DNA of 64,000 nt from Acidobacteriota bacterium (GTDB lineage: Bacteria; Acidobacteriota; Blastocatellia; UBA7656). Position 1 is the stretch's first letter, and the number at the start of each line of letters is the position of its first letter. Position numbers and translations under genes: made by a program. Below the pieces are notes generated by a model, which was not told where the DNA came from, searched no databases, and saw nothing but the letters and a program-made list of their open reading frames with translations. Of this stretch, positions 32,618-41,730 are shown in pieces. The stretch is taken from the NCBI GenBank assembly GCA_038040455.1, contig JBBPIH010000005.1, positions 99,614-163,613 on the forward strand, given 5' to 3'.

Positions 32618-34381
32618 ATGAAATCAGCAACGAGCCTTCTAGATGTAAGTCTTGTTTTCAGTCAGCGGATGCCGCTCACGCCCGCGAAATTCATAGACGA
32701 ATATAAGCGAAGAGAACTGCGGTCTGACCTATCGCTTTCTCTGTGGGACCAGCTTGAGGCGTTACATCGCGCTCGGGCACTCATCCCTGTGTATCGATTC
32801 AGAAAGAACGTGGTGCCGATTTTAAGCGAATGTCGCCGTCAGAGTATTGACGTAGTCTCCGCTTTGACTCATCAACTCGGTGATGAGGTGTCCTTATCGC
32901 GTTATCTGAACGGACTCTCCGGCGTTGGTCAGCTCTGCGATCCGAGCACTGATCGTTTTCGGCCGTGGCCGAGCTACATTCGAAAAATCGAAGGACACTT
33001 GCTTTGGACTAGCACCTTCTTCTATTCACACTACCAATTGCTGCTTGTTCCTATGTTGCGATACGTCATTCCGAAGCTGCGCGCAAGGCACGCAACTAGG
33101 GAATACTCAAGCCTCGATCTTAGTTATTCTCTAAGACTCAGTGAGAAGATGCGTGAATACGTTGAAAAGGAGAGGGCTGAGAATGATGAACTGGTCATTA
33201 TTCTCAGCGCGCTTGAACCCACCTATCTTCCCTGGATTGTAGGGCATGCGACGAATCATCGCACTGATGAGCTGGAATCCATTTTTGAAAACAAGCGCAC
33301 GTTTCGACCAATCGCCACACTGGATTGGCTTGGTTGGGATGCAGAAAGAGTAAGGATAGCCGCGGAACGCTTGTTAGGGGTCGCAGAAAGCCTTGACCCA
33401 CTCAATGACTGGTATGAACTTACCCGTCTCTGTAGACCCGACAGATGGTACAAATTGCGTGGGGATGCTCTAGTGGCCGTGGACTACCGGGTCGCCGCAG
33501 AGATTCTTCTCAGGTTCTATGAAGACTTGGCGACCGCTGGTGCGGCCTCCCCACTCGAGCCAGTCCCAAAACAATTCTACGCTGCAAGGCGCAGACGCCT
33601 GAACACAGATCGATCCGAACTCGATCAGGTTCTGACGGAATTCGGCTTGTCCCCCCAGCCGTCCCTTGTTTTGGTACTTGAAGGCGATACCGAATGGTTC
33701 TTGGTTCCGCGCACAATGGACCTGATGGGTTTTCCGCGTCAGAGAACTTTTATCGAGCTTTTCAAAGGTCGGGGCGTAGATACAGATTTCGGGCTTCTTG
33801 CTTCATACATTTCTGTTCCGTACCTTGGTGAACCAATCAGCAAAGGATTTGTGTTAACTCGGCCACCCACTCATTTCTTAGTTGCGGTTGATGCCGAGGG
33901 GAAATTTCTTACCAAAGATTCTTCTGAAAAACAGCGCAGAAAGTGGGTTGAGCAGATTTACAAGGCAATTCCGAAAGACAATCGCACACCCAATCTTCGA
34001 AATGACGTATTGTCGCTCGTCAGCGTTGAAACGTGGGATGGTCAGTCTTTCGAGTTTGCTCATTTTACTGACGAGGAGATCACGAGCGGTATTCTAGATG
34101 CTTATGAAGGGCCAAGCCCTCCCTTCTTCACAGACTTGCGGATTTGGGTAGGAAGCGTCAGAGCGAAATCAGGAAATCTCGAGCGATTGTGGGAGACTTG
34201 GGCACCTCCGCGCCCAAGAAAAACAAAGTTAGCTGAAAAGCTATGGCCCATTTTGGAGCGAAAAATTGAGGATGCCATATCGCGAAACGACACTTCATCT
34301 ATTCCAGTCGTTCGTGTCTTACACCAGGCATATCAGCTAGCTTCTGAGCTACCGCGTTATAGTGTCATGATCCGAAAATAA
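32618..34381 (+). CDS. Hypothetical protein with C-terminal TOPRIM-like domain
   Basis: LVLVLEGDTE...KGRG...LVAVDAEG...SFEFAHF resembles OLD-type TOPRIM motifs; N-terminal ~340 aa unrecognised. Confidence 0.55.
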   Translation: MKSATSLLDVSLVFSQRMPLTPAKFIDEYKRRELRSDLSLSLWDQLEALHRARALIPVYRFRKNVVPILSECRRQSIDVVSALTHQLGDEVSLSRYLNGLSGVGQLCDPSTDRFRPWPSYIRKIEGHLLWTSTFFYSHYQLLLVPMLRYVIPKLRARHATREYSSLDLSYSLRLSEKMREYVEKERAENDELVIILSALEPTYLPWIVGHATNHRTDELESIFENKRTFRPIATLDWLGWDAERVRIAAERLLGVAESLDPLNDWYELTRLCRPDRWYKLRGDALVAVDYRVAAEILLRFYEDLATAGAASPLEPVPKQFYAARRRRLNTDRSELDQVLTEFGLSPQPSLVLVLEGDTEWFLVPRTMDLMGFPRQRTFIELFKGRGVDTDFGLLASYISVPYLGEPISKGFVLTRPPTHFLVAVDAEGKFLTKDSSEKQRRKWVEQIYKAIPKDNRTPNLRNDVLSLVSVETWDGQSFEFAHFTDEEITSGILDAYEGPSPPFFTDLRIWVGSVRAKSGNLERLWETWAPPRPRKTKLAEKLWPILERKIEDAISRNDTSSIPVVRVLHQAYQLASELPRYSVMIRK

Positions 34382-34671
34382 CTTCCGCTCGCAGCCCTTG
34401 CTCTACCGACGGCGCAAAGATCCGTGGTCATCTATTAGTGCCGAGCTCAACATGGTGGGTTGATCCCCGGAGGTCAACCAAAAGGTCTAATGCTCGTGTA
34501 AGGAGTCTGCGAGAGGCTAATGTTAATCAAATCAAACGGTTATTACCGAAGGTTGGAAATCCTCGGCACTCACTAGAGGATTTGTTGCGCTCACGGTGGT
34601 TGCCCATTCGTTCGCGCCATTTTAACGGTAATCATGGAAATGTCCTTCGTCCGTCTGTCGGCCACGGAGGC

Positions 34672-34693
34672 TTGTGGCATATTTGTGGCAGGA
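34672..34693 (-). repeat. Integrase arm-type direct repeat TGCCACA-N4-TGCCACA
   Basis: Minus strand CCTGCCACAAATATGCCACAAG; degenerate copy CCTGCCACTAATCCGGCCCAAG at about 34907-34928. Confidence 0.55.
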
Positions 34694-34805
34694 CTTCGTA
34701 GAAAACCGTAGTAAACGGTCGAAATTGACTGCAATCCGGCTGGCTACAAATCGCAGTAGATAGAACGTTTTAGGGTTAGATAGAAAAGTAAGGACGAGCA
34801 TTGCG

Positions 34806-34849
34806 TGGGGTTATGAATCCCACGCTCTAACCACCTGAGCTACGCCGCC
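34806..34849 (-). tRNA. 5' half of tRNA-Met(CAT), truncated after the anticodon stem (att-site fragment)
   Basis: GGCGGCG-TA-GCTC-AGGTGGTTA-GAGC-G-TGGGA-TTCATAA-CCCCA, then non-tRNA sequence with no T-arm or acceptor 3' strand. Confidence 0.85.
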
Positions 34850-34871
34850 ATATCTTTTTTTTGTCTGCTTC

Positions 34872-35069
34872 TTACGGCCTGCCTTCACGCCGTCGACCTT
34901 CAAGGGCTTGGGCCGGATTAGTGGCAGGATCTTGTTTGCCCCGCCGCCTCACCGCCACGGCTTCTACCGCGCCGACGCTTGCCCTCATCCATCGCATGAA
35001 CATAGCGCATGGTTGTGCGTATGTCCACGTGACCGTCACCTCTTTGACCGCGCTAACTGGGACCTCAGC
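34872..35069 (-). pseudogene. Tyrosine integrase C-terminal remnant
   Basis: With two frameshifts reads AEVPVSAVKEV-GHVDIRTTMRYVHAMDEGKRR-AVEAVA...PATNPAQ...* (GH-x5-T-x2-Y catalytic box). Stop is 22 bp before the tRNA fragment. Confidence 0.75.
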
Positions 35070-35560
35070 CGGGATGCCTTATCGAACGATCGACGAGAAT
35101 CCGACCGACAGATTAGACTTTGCCACAGTACTGTCATCGAGAGCCCAGCGGGTCGGAGGTCTTGCAGCATCCGCAAAGTGCTTTGGCATCTTGTAGGGCA
35201 GGCCTCACCGGCTCTTCGGTCGTTTTAATTGACTTCCTTACAACCCTATTTGGATTGTCAGGGACGCATTTCGCGTCATAGAGAATGGGAAGTATCACCT
35301 AAGGCTGTGATTTCGCTCCTTGGTTCTACTTTCCGAGGTTGTTGGACTCAAAGGCAAAGAACAAACTAATGGGCAGCCAGCGATTACGATGTGAATGTTT
35401 TATCTCGAATTCTCATGCCTTTTTTGAGACTGTAAACATACCTTCTCGCCGCTGGTCTCCACTGCGTATGGGCGACCTCGAAGGAACCTGAGGTTGCAGG
35501 TGACCCTCAGATGAGGTTCCGCAGCGACCTTGGATAACGGCCTTAAGGAAGGAGCAGGAT

Positions 35561-36970
35561 ATGAAGCCAGCTACAATTCTATTGCTCGACCTTTCCCCTC
35601 CAGACGGCATGTCTGATGCCGTGCGCGAGCTCCTCGAGACAACATTGCGCTCGGCCGTAAAGATTGAACACAAATCCGTGGCCACAGCGGAACCCGGCGC
35701 AGAGCTGGACGATCGCTTCAAAATCGTCTCGCGGCTGAAACCATCACTTCTATTCCTCACTCTGCAGTCCAGCCGGCTGGGCGAAACCGTCAGCACGCTC
35801 CGCTCGATCCGGACGGAATCCTCAGACGTGCCGGTAATCGTCGTGGTCGATGCGTGCGAGCCTGATGTGATGCTGGAACTGCTCAGAGAGGGAGCGTCTG
35901 ACTTCATCACTTGCCCATTCAAAGCCATCGATATAGTTCCGCGCGTGTGGCGATTGTTAGAGCAATCACAGCGAGCAGCCTCGCCGGTGCGCGCGTTGAA
36001 GGAGAGACTCGGGCTTAGGCGTTTGGTTGGCGAAAGCCCGGCGTTCCTCTCCGAAGTCAACAAGTTTCCCGCGGTTGCCAGAAGCGACGCGAGCATCTTG
36101 ATCCTTGGCGAGACTGGTACGGGAAAAGAACTCTGCGCCAGGGCCATTCACTACCTGAGTCCGCGCGCGAGCAAACCATTCGTGCCGGTCAACTGCGGAG
36201 CAATACCCCTTGACCTCGTGGAGAACGAATTGTTCGGCCACGAACGCGAAGCGTTCACCGGCGCTGCCACGTCGCGGCTGGGTTTGATTCACGAAGCCGG
36301 CGGCGGCACGCTTTTCATGGATGAAATTGATTGCCTTCCCCTGCTGGCGCAGGTAAAGCTCCTGCGCTTCCTTCAAGAGAAGGAATACCGGCCGCTGGGT
36401 TCGATGAAGATGCGCCAGGCTGACGTGCGAGTCATGGCGGCGACTAATGTCGATCTGGAGGAGGCGGTAAGAAAGGGCAGGCTGCGGCAAGACCTTTACT
36501 ATCGCCTGAACGTGATTCCTCTGGTGCTTCCCCCGCTACGAGAGAGGCGCGAAGATATCCCGCTTCTCGTCCGTCACTTTCTCGCCAAATACTCAGAAGA
36601 GTCCGACAAGCAAATTGCCGACTTGTCGCAAGACGCGATGCACATGCTGCTGGTTTACGAATGGCCGGGGAACGTTCGCGAGCTCGAGCACGTGATCCAA
36701 CGAGCCGTCGTTATGTGCGAGCAAGGCGTGATCGGCACCAAAGACATCTATCTGCCACGAGCGCAGACCCGCGCCGCGGCGGCCTCGTTTCGGGAGATGA
36801 AAGCCGGAATGATCGCACAGTTCGAGCGGACCTACATCAACAGCCTGTTGCGCGCGCATGATGGAAATATCACCAAGGCCGCGCGGGCGGCGCAGAAGGA
36901 CCCGCGCGCTCTTCGTCAACTGATGCACAAGCACAGTATCGACGGGCGAAGTTTTAGGTCCGGGGCCTAG
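35561..36970 (+). CDS. Sigma54-dependent transcriptional activator (atypical REC, AAA+, Fis-type HTH)
   Basis: GETGTGKE, ELFGHEREAFTGA, FMDEI, RQDLYYRL, WPGNVREL, GNITKAAR. The receiver lacks the usual phospho-Asp (LLFLTL). Confidence 0.92.
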   Translation: MKPATILLLDLSPPDGMSDAVRELLETTLRSAVKIEHKSVATAEPGAELDDRFKIVSRLKPSLLFLTLQSSRLGETVSTLRSIRTESSDVPVIVVVDACEPDVMLELLREGASDFITCPFKAIDIVPRVWRLLEQSQRAASPVRALKERLGLRRLVGESPAFLSEVNKFPAVARSDASILILGETGTGKELCARAIHYLSPRASKPFVPVNCGAIPLDLVENELFGHEREAFTGAATSRLGLIHEAGGGTLFMDEIDCLPLLAQVKLLRFLQEKEYRPLGSMKMRQADVRVMAATNVDLEEAVRKGRLRQDLYYRLNVIPLVLPPLRERREDIPLLVRHFLAKYSEESDKQIADLSQDAMHMLLVYEWPGNVRELEHVIQRAVVMCEQGVIGTKDIYLPRAQTRAAAASFREMKAGMIAQFERTYINSLLRAHDGNITKAARAAQKDPRALRQLMHKHSIDGRSFRSGA

Positions 36971-37121
36971 TAGTCGGACAACTGTCGGCGCGACGCGGAT
37001 ATTTTTGTCCCACCGGGATTTTGAGCCGCAATCGGCCCCGACGGTCCTCCAAATCAAAACTGCCGGGACACAAAGGACCCACCTCGCATCATCGCAACAC
37101 GACGTACAAACCACTTGAGCC

Positions 37122-37138
37122 GCGGCGCACCGATTGCT
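37122..37138 (+). promoter_or_regulatory. Sigma54 -24/-12 promoter of the eCIS operon
   Basis: GCGGCGCACCGATTGCT (GG-N10-GC). Upstream inverted pair TTTTTGTCCC (37002) / GGGACACAAA (37065) is a candidate activator site. Confidence 0.65.
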
Positions 37139-37170
37139 GCTGATTGCGCGCACGACAAGAAGGTGAGTGT

Positions 37171-37449
37171 GTGGCCTGCACAACGGAAAAGTCAGAGATC
37201 GCTCGCGACGTTTTGGGCTACCTGATCGACAACCCCGAAGCGCAGGACACACTGGAAGGGATCGTCGAGTGGTGGCTGCTTGAGAGGAAGATTGAGAGCC
37301 GGACTTCGAAGGTCAGGGAAGCGCTTGCGGAGTTAGCGGCCACGGGGTTGATCCTCGAGCGCAAGGGGCCTGACTCCCGCGTCCGCTACCTGATCAACAG
37401 CCAAAGACAAGAGGAAATCCGCGCGCTGCTCGAGCGGGGCGCCAAGTAA
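37171..37449 (+). CDS. Small winged-helix-like protein preceding the eCIS genes
   Basis: GTG start after AAGGTGA; YLIDNPEAQDTLEGIVEWWL...ALAELAATGLI. Confidence 0.7.
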   Translation: MACTTEKSEIARDVLGYLIDNPEAQDTLEGIVEWWLLERKIESRTSKVREALAELAATGLILERKGPDSRVRYLINSQRQEEIRALLERGAK

Positions 37450-37548
37450 TTCGTCAGAACTCATCTGATTCGCATTCGTCGTGATCGCGCTTGCTCATCG
37501 CGGTGAAGTTGAGTGTTGATCGGACAACCGTACAGGAGGCAAACAATT

Positions 37549-39246
37549 ATGCCAAGTGCGCTGACCTTTCCAGGAGTATACATCGAGGAAATCCCAAGTG
37601 GAGTGCGCACCATCACCGGCGTTGCCACTTCAATTACGGCCTTCATTGGTCGAGCTCTGCGCGGGCCAGCCGACGAACCGGTGGTCATCAGCAGCTACGG
37701 TGATTTTGAGCGCATCTTCGGCGGGCTGTGGGTCGAAAGCAGCCTCGGTTATGCCGTGCGCGATTTCTATCTTAATGGCGGGAGTCAGGCGATCATCGTG
37801 CGACTGTTTCATCCTGAATCCGCGTCGGGTGCAGTCAAGGGGAAAGCCGAGTTCGACGTGGGCGGCCTGAATCTTGAGGCTGCCGAAGAAGGATTGTGGG
37901 GAAAATCTCTGCGAGCCAGCTTAAACCAGGATGTTTCCGAAGAAGTCGCGACTCGATTAGGGCTGGCGAAGGCTGATCTGTTTAACCTTACTGTGAAAGA
38001 GGTGGCGGCTGACGGAACTGCCGTTCGGACGGAAAGTTTCCTGAACGTCTCGGTAAAAGAGAGCGCGCGCCGAATCGACAGAGTCGTAAAGGATGACTCA
38101 CAACTGGTCAGATGGAGGGGTGCTTTCCCGGCACAGAATACGTTGCCGTCGGTGACTGAAGGGGATGACCCGGTTACTGCGGCTGAGATTGAATTTGCAG
38201 AAGCAAAGAAAGAATTGGAGGCTGCGAAAAAGGCTACCCCGCCGGTTCCGGCAAATATCTCTGCGGCAGAAACCAAAGTCACCAAGGCCACCGCAGATGT
38301 CAATGCAGCTAAGGATGCGATAAAAGGCTCGGACGGGCTGAAACCTGATCAGGGCGATTTCAACGGATCGGGCAAAGAGACAGCAAAAGCTGGCCTTTTC
38401 GCGCTTGAAAAAGCCGACCTCTTCAATTTGCTCTGCATACCGCCATATAAAGATGACGGCAATGTTGACAGCACGCTGGTGGGAGCGGCTGCGGCCTACT
38501 GCGAGAAAAAGCGCGCAATGCTCTTAGTAGATCCTTTAGCAGCGTGGGACACCGTCGCAGAAGTGATCGCCGGTCTGCCGAACATCGGGACGACCAGTAA
38601 GAACGCCGCCCTTTTCTTCCCACGGCTCCGCCAGCCTAATCCGCTACATGACAACAAGCTTGAAGATTACGTGCCTTGTGGAGCTGTTGCCGGCATCTTC
38701 GCACGCACGGATGCTCAGCGCGGAGTCTGGAAGGCGCCGGCTGGGCTTGACGCGACGCTGGTTGGCGTTCCCCAACTCACCGTGCCACTGACCAACGACG
38801 AAAACGGGCAGCTCAATCCCCTCGGGGTTAACTGCCTGCGCTCAATGCCGGCCGCCGGTAGGGTCGTGTGGGGATCTCGAACTCTTCAGGGGAATGACCG
38901 GCTGGCCTCGGAATGGAAGTACGTTCCGGTTCGCCGCACTGCGTTGTTCCTCGAAGAGAGTCTTTATCGTGCTCTTCAATGGGTCGTCTTCGAGCCGAAC
39001 GATGAGCCGCTCTGGGCGCAGATTCGGCTCAACGTCGGGGCGTTCATGAACTCGCTCTTCCGCCAAGGCGCGTTTCAGGGCACGACGCCGCGCGAGGCTT
39101 ACTTCGTCAAGTGCGACAAGGAGACCACCACCCAGAACGACATCGATCGCGGCATCGTGAATATTCTGGTGGGCTTCGCGCCGCTCAAGCCCGCGGAGTT
39201 TGTGGTCATCAAGCTCCAGCAGATCGCCGGACAGCTTCAAACGTAA
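37549..39246 (+). CDS. eCIS contractile tail sheath protein (Afp2/3/4-like)
   Basis: FPGVYIEEIPSG, TAFIG, GVWKAPAG, WGSRTL, WKYVPVRR, WVVFEPND, APLKPAEFV; AGGAGG RBS. Confidence 0.95.
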   Translation: MPSALTFPGVYIEEIPSGVRTITGVATSITAFIGRALRGPADEPVVISSYGDFERIFGGLWVESSLGYAVRDFYLNGGSQAIIVRLFHPESASGAVKGKAEFDVGGLNLEAAEEGLWGKSLRASLNQDVSEEVATRLGLAKADLFNLTVKEVAADGTAVRTESFLNVSVKESARRIDRVVKDDSQLVRWRGAFPAQNTLPSVTEGDDPVTAAEIEFAEAKKELEAAKKATPPVPANISAAETKVTKATADVNAAKDAIKGSDGLKPDQGDFNGSGKETAKAGLFALEKADLFNLLCIPPYKDDGNVDSTLVGAAAAYCEKKRAMLLVDPLAAWDTVAEVIAGLPNIGTTSKNAALFFPRLRQPNPLHDNKLEDYVPCGAVAGIFARTDAQRGVWKAPAGLDATLVGVPQLTVPLTNDENGQLNPLGVNCLRSMPAAGRVVWGSRTLQGNDRLASEWKYVPVRRTALFLEESLYRALQWVVFEPNDEPLWAQIRLNVGAFMNSLFRQGAFQGTTPREAYFVKCDKETTTQNDIDRGIVNILVGFAPLKPAEFVVIKLQQIAGQLQT

Positions 39247-39348
39247 GGTTTCAGACAAAGGCGGACGGCAGGTTAATCGGCTTCAGCTCTCGCCGGTTCG
39301 GCATGGCGAGGAGGCCAATCATTCGAATACGCGTTCGGAGGAGCAGCT

Positions 39349-39870
39349 ATGGCACAGTTCAGCGTCAACATTCAGCCGCAACGGTTCGATCCATACAAGA
39401 ACTTCAAGTTCAGGATCAAATGGGATGGACGTTTCGTGGCGGGGGTCAGTAAGATCGGCGCGCTCAAGCGCACTACTGAAGTCGTAAAACACCGGGAAGG
39501 CGGCGATCCGAGCAGCACCCGCAAGTCGCCGGGCCGCTCCGAGTATGAAGCCATCACGCTCGAGCGCGGGGTGACGCACGACCTGGAATTCGAGAAGTGG
39601 GCGGGCAAGGTCTGGGACTTCAGTTCCGGTCTCGGCAAGGAGGTGTCCCTCAAGGATTTTCGCAAGGACATCATCATCGAGCTGTACAACGAATCCGGCC
39701 AAAAGGTGATCGCCTACAAGGTCTTTCGCTGCTGGGTGTCCGAATATCAGGCTCAGGCCGATCTGGATGCCAACGCCAATGCTGTTCTGATCCAAACTAT
39801 CAAACTGGAAAACGAAGGTTGGGAGCGCGACACAGACGTTGTCGAACCTCCCGAGCCGACTTTGACCTAG
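39349..39870 (+). CDS. eCIS tail tube protein (T4 gp19/Afp1-like)
   Basis: DPYKNFKF, HREGG, KSPG, ITLERG, RKDIIIELYNE. Confidence 0.95.
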   Translation: MAQFSVNIQPQRFDPYKNFKFRIKWDGRFVAGVSKIGALKRTTEVVKHREGGDPSSTRKSPGRSEYEAITLERGVTHDLEFEKWAGKVWDFSSGLGKEVSLKDFRKDIIIELYNESGQKVIAYKVFRCWVSEYQAQADLDANANAVLIQTIKLENEGWERDTDVVEPPEPTLT

Positions 39871-39910
39871 GCTGAGCGCTCAGGTTCGAGTGATGATCGA
39901 AGATTGAACG

Positions 39911-40711
39911 ATGAACGAGGTCAGCTTTTCCGGTTCATCTTCGCTCGCTCGCGGGGCGATTGGGTCCGTGGAGTCGGTGTCTCCGGCGGAATTGCTGGAC
40001 GTGTGGGAACGTGGACAGCATCAAGCGCCCGTGGAGAGGGCGTTGACGATGTTGGCTGCAGCCTGCCCGGGTGCTTCGCGTGAAACGCTGGCCGCGCTTA
40101 GCATAGGTCAGCGCGATGCGTGTCTCATTGCGTTGCGGGAGAGGCTATTTGGCGAGCAGTTGACTAGCTTGGCCGACTGTCCGGCGTGCGGCGAACGTCT
40201 CGAGATGAGCTTCAGCGTGGTGGACATTCGCGCATCGTCAAACGCTGAGCCTGCGCCCATGCTCTCGTTTGATCGATCAGGTTATGAGCTGCGGCTTCGT
40301 CTACCCAACAGTCTTGATCTGCTCGCGCTGGCTGGGTGCGCAAGCCCTGCCGAGATGCGCGGCAGGTTATTTGAGCGGTGCGTGCTGAGCATTCGACATC
40401 AAGGCCGAACAGAATCCGCCGCTCTTACCGCGGAAATGCCCGCGGAGATTATCGACGCCGCGATCGAGCAAATTGCGCAGGCTGATCCCCAGGCTGATGT
40501 GCAAGTGGATTTGATATGCCCGTGTTGCCGGCACCAATGGCAGGCGGGCTTCGACATTGTTTCTTACCTCTGGAGCGAACTGCATGCGCGGGCGATCCAT
40601 CTGCTGCGCGAGATCCATTTGCTCGCTTCGGCCTATGGATGGCGCGAATCAGACATCCTCAATATGAGTTCCTGGCGCAGGGAATGCTATCTGGAGATGC
40701 TGGCCGGATGA
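39911..40711 (+). CDS. eCIS-associated baseplate/hub assembly protein (two CxxC motifs)
   Basis: LSIGQRD...CPACGERLE...RLPNS...ADPQA...CPCC...EIHLLASAYGWRESDIL. Confidence 0.75.
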   Translation: MNEVSFSGSSSLARGAIGSVESVSPAELLDVWERGQHQAPVERALTMLAAACPGASRETLAALSIGQRDACLIALRERLFGEQLTSLADCPACGERLEMSFSVVDIRASSNAEPAPMLSFDRSGYELRLRLPNSLDLLALAGCASPAEMRGRLFERCVLSIRHQGRTESAALTAEMPAEIIDAAIEQIAQADPQADVQVDLICPCCRHQWQAGFDIVSYLWSELHARAIHLLREIHLLASAYGWRESDILNMSSWRRECYLEMLAG

Positions 40712-41730
40712 GTGACTATTTCGACAATCTGGTGGTCCGAAGTTTTCGGCCCCTGCTGCCAGTCCAGCCGCTCCTGGCGCCGACACCGGAGGTCCCTCAT
40801 GCTCTCGCGCCTTCGACCCCGGAGGAATTTGAGGACCCCTTTGCGCAGGCAACCGTTGCCGGTGATCAACTCACCGAAGAGCCGGAACAGCCTCCAGCGT
40901 CCGGTGATCCTTCGCCGGAGAAGAACACAAAACTTCGACCGCCCGTCATAAAGGATCGAAGGCCGTCTGAGGCTGCGTTGTTTGAGAACGATCGACGCCT
41001 CAAAACGCCGGCGCGTTCAGTCGAATCCTCGACCGGTCTGGAACCTGTTGCGCCCCGCAATCAGCGCATTCCGCATTCATCGGACGAAGCCTTGCCTACA
41101 CCGGCGAGGATACCAACCTCGAATGCCGGACCTCTGGTTGGCAAACCGCTGCAACCATCTTCCGATGAGCCGCTCGACCCATCGAAGCCACCTTCTTCGA
41201 CCCCAGCCAGGGACGTTACGCGTTCAGAGTTTCGGCCGGCGCCGGTCAAGAGATCGGCCGAGATCAACTCAGCGTTGCCGCTCAGCTCATCGCCTCAGCA
41301 AGCGGTCGCGCCGCCGAGGAAGAAACTTTCCGCGCCTGGACAAGGCTCGCCGCCTTCTTTCCAACGGGCTCCGTCGCTTGAGCAGCCCACGCCGTCATCT
41401 GCGATAGAGCGAGTGGTCGTTCAACGAATCACGGAGACCATCGAAAAGGATCAGTCAACGCCGGCTCCGCTCACCACCTTGATTCCCCGGCCAGGCGCGG
41501 AGCTCTTGCTTCCGCCAACTCACAAGGCACGCTCAAACCTATTGCCGAGCGCGCCGAACGCAACCGGCGCTGACGGTCCCCTACCTGAAACGATCATCAA
41601 CGTCTCGATTGGCCGCATTGAAGTCTGCGCCACACCGCCAAAGGCGACCAGACCCGAAAAGCAGCGCAACGCGCCGCAGGTGATGAACCTGGATGAGTAC
41701 CTGCGCCAGCGAAGTGGAGGCAGCCGGTGA
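40708..41730 (+). CDS. Pro-rich low-complexity eCIS-associated protein
   Basis: ATGA-coupled start MSDYFDNL; C-terminal INVSIGRIEV...LDEYLRQR. Confidence 0.7.
   Translation: MSDYFDNLVVRSFRPLLPVQPLLAPTPEVPHALAPSTPEEFEDPFAQATVAGDQLTEEPEQPPASGDPSPEKNTKLRPPVIKDRRPSEAALFENDRRLKTPARSVESSTGLEPVAPRNQRIPHSSDEALPTPARIPTSNAGPLVGKPLQPSSDEPLDPSKPPSSTPARDVTRSEFRPAPVKRSAEINSALPLSSSPQQAVAPPRKKLSAPGQGSPPSFQRAPSLEQPTPSSAIERVVVQRITETIEKDQSTPAPLTTLIPRPGAELLLPPTHKARSNLLPSAPNATGADGPLPETIINVSIGRIEVCATPPKATRPEKQRNAPQVMNLDEYLRQRSGGSR

Noticed and set aside
34700-34849. Intact or intron-containing tRNA-Met
   Set aside because: No T-arm or acceptor 3' strand was found nearby. The break lies after the anticodon stem, not at a usual group I intron position.
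34861-35228. Plus-strand ORFs of 111 and 106 aa
   Set aside because: They are antisense to the integrase remnant and have no recognisable motifs.
39247-39348. Hairpin CTCGCC..GGCGAG between sheath and tube genes as a terminator or riboswitch
   Set aside because: No U-tract and no recognisable aptamer; at most an mRNA stability element.
40516-40707. 5' extension of the Pro-rich ORF
   Set aside because: It overlaps the upstream gene by ~190 bp; the ATGA-coupled start at 40708 is more plausible.
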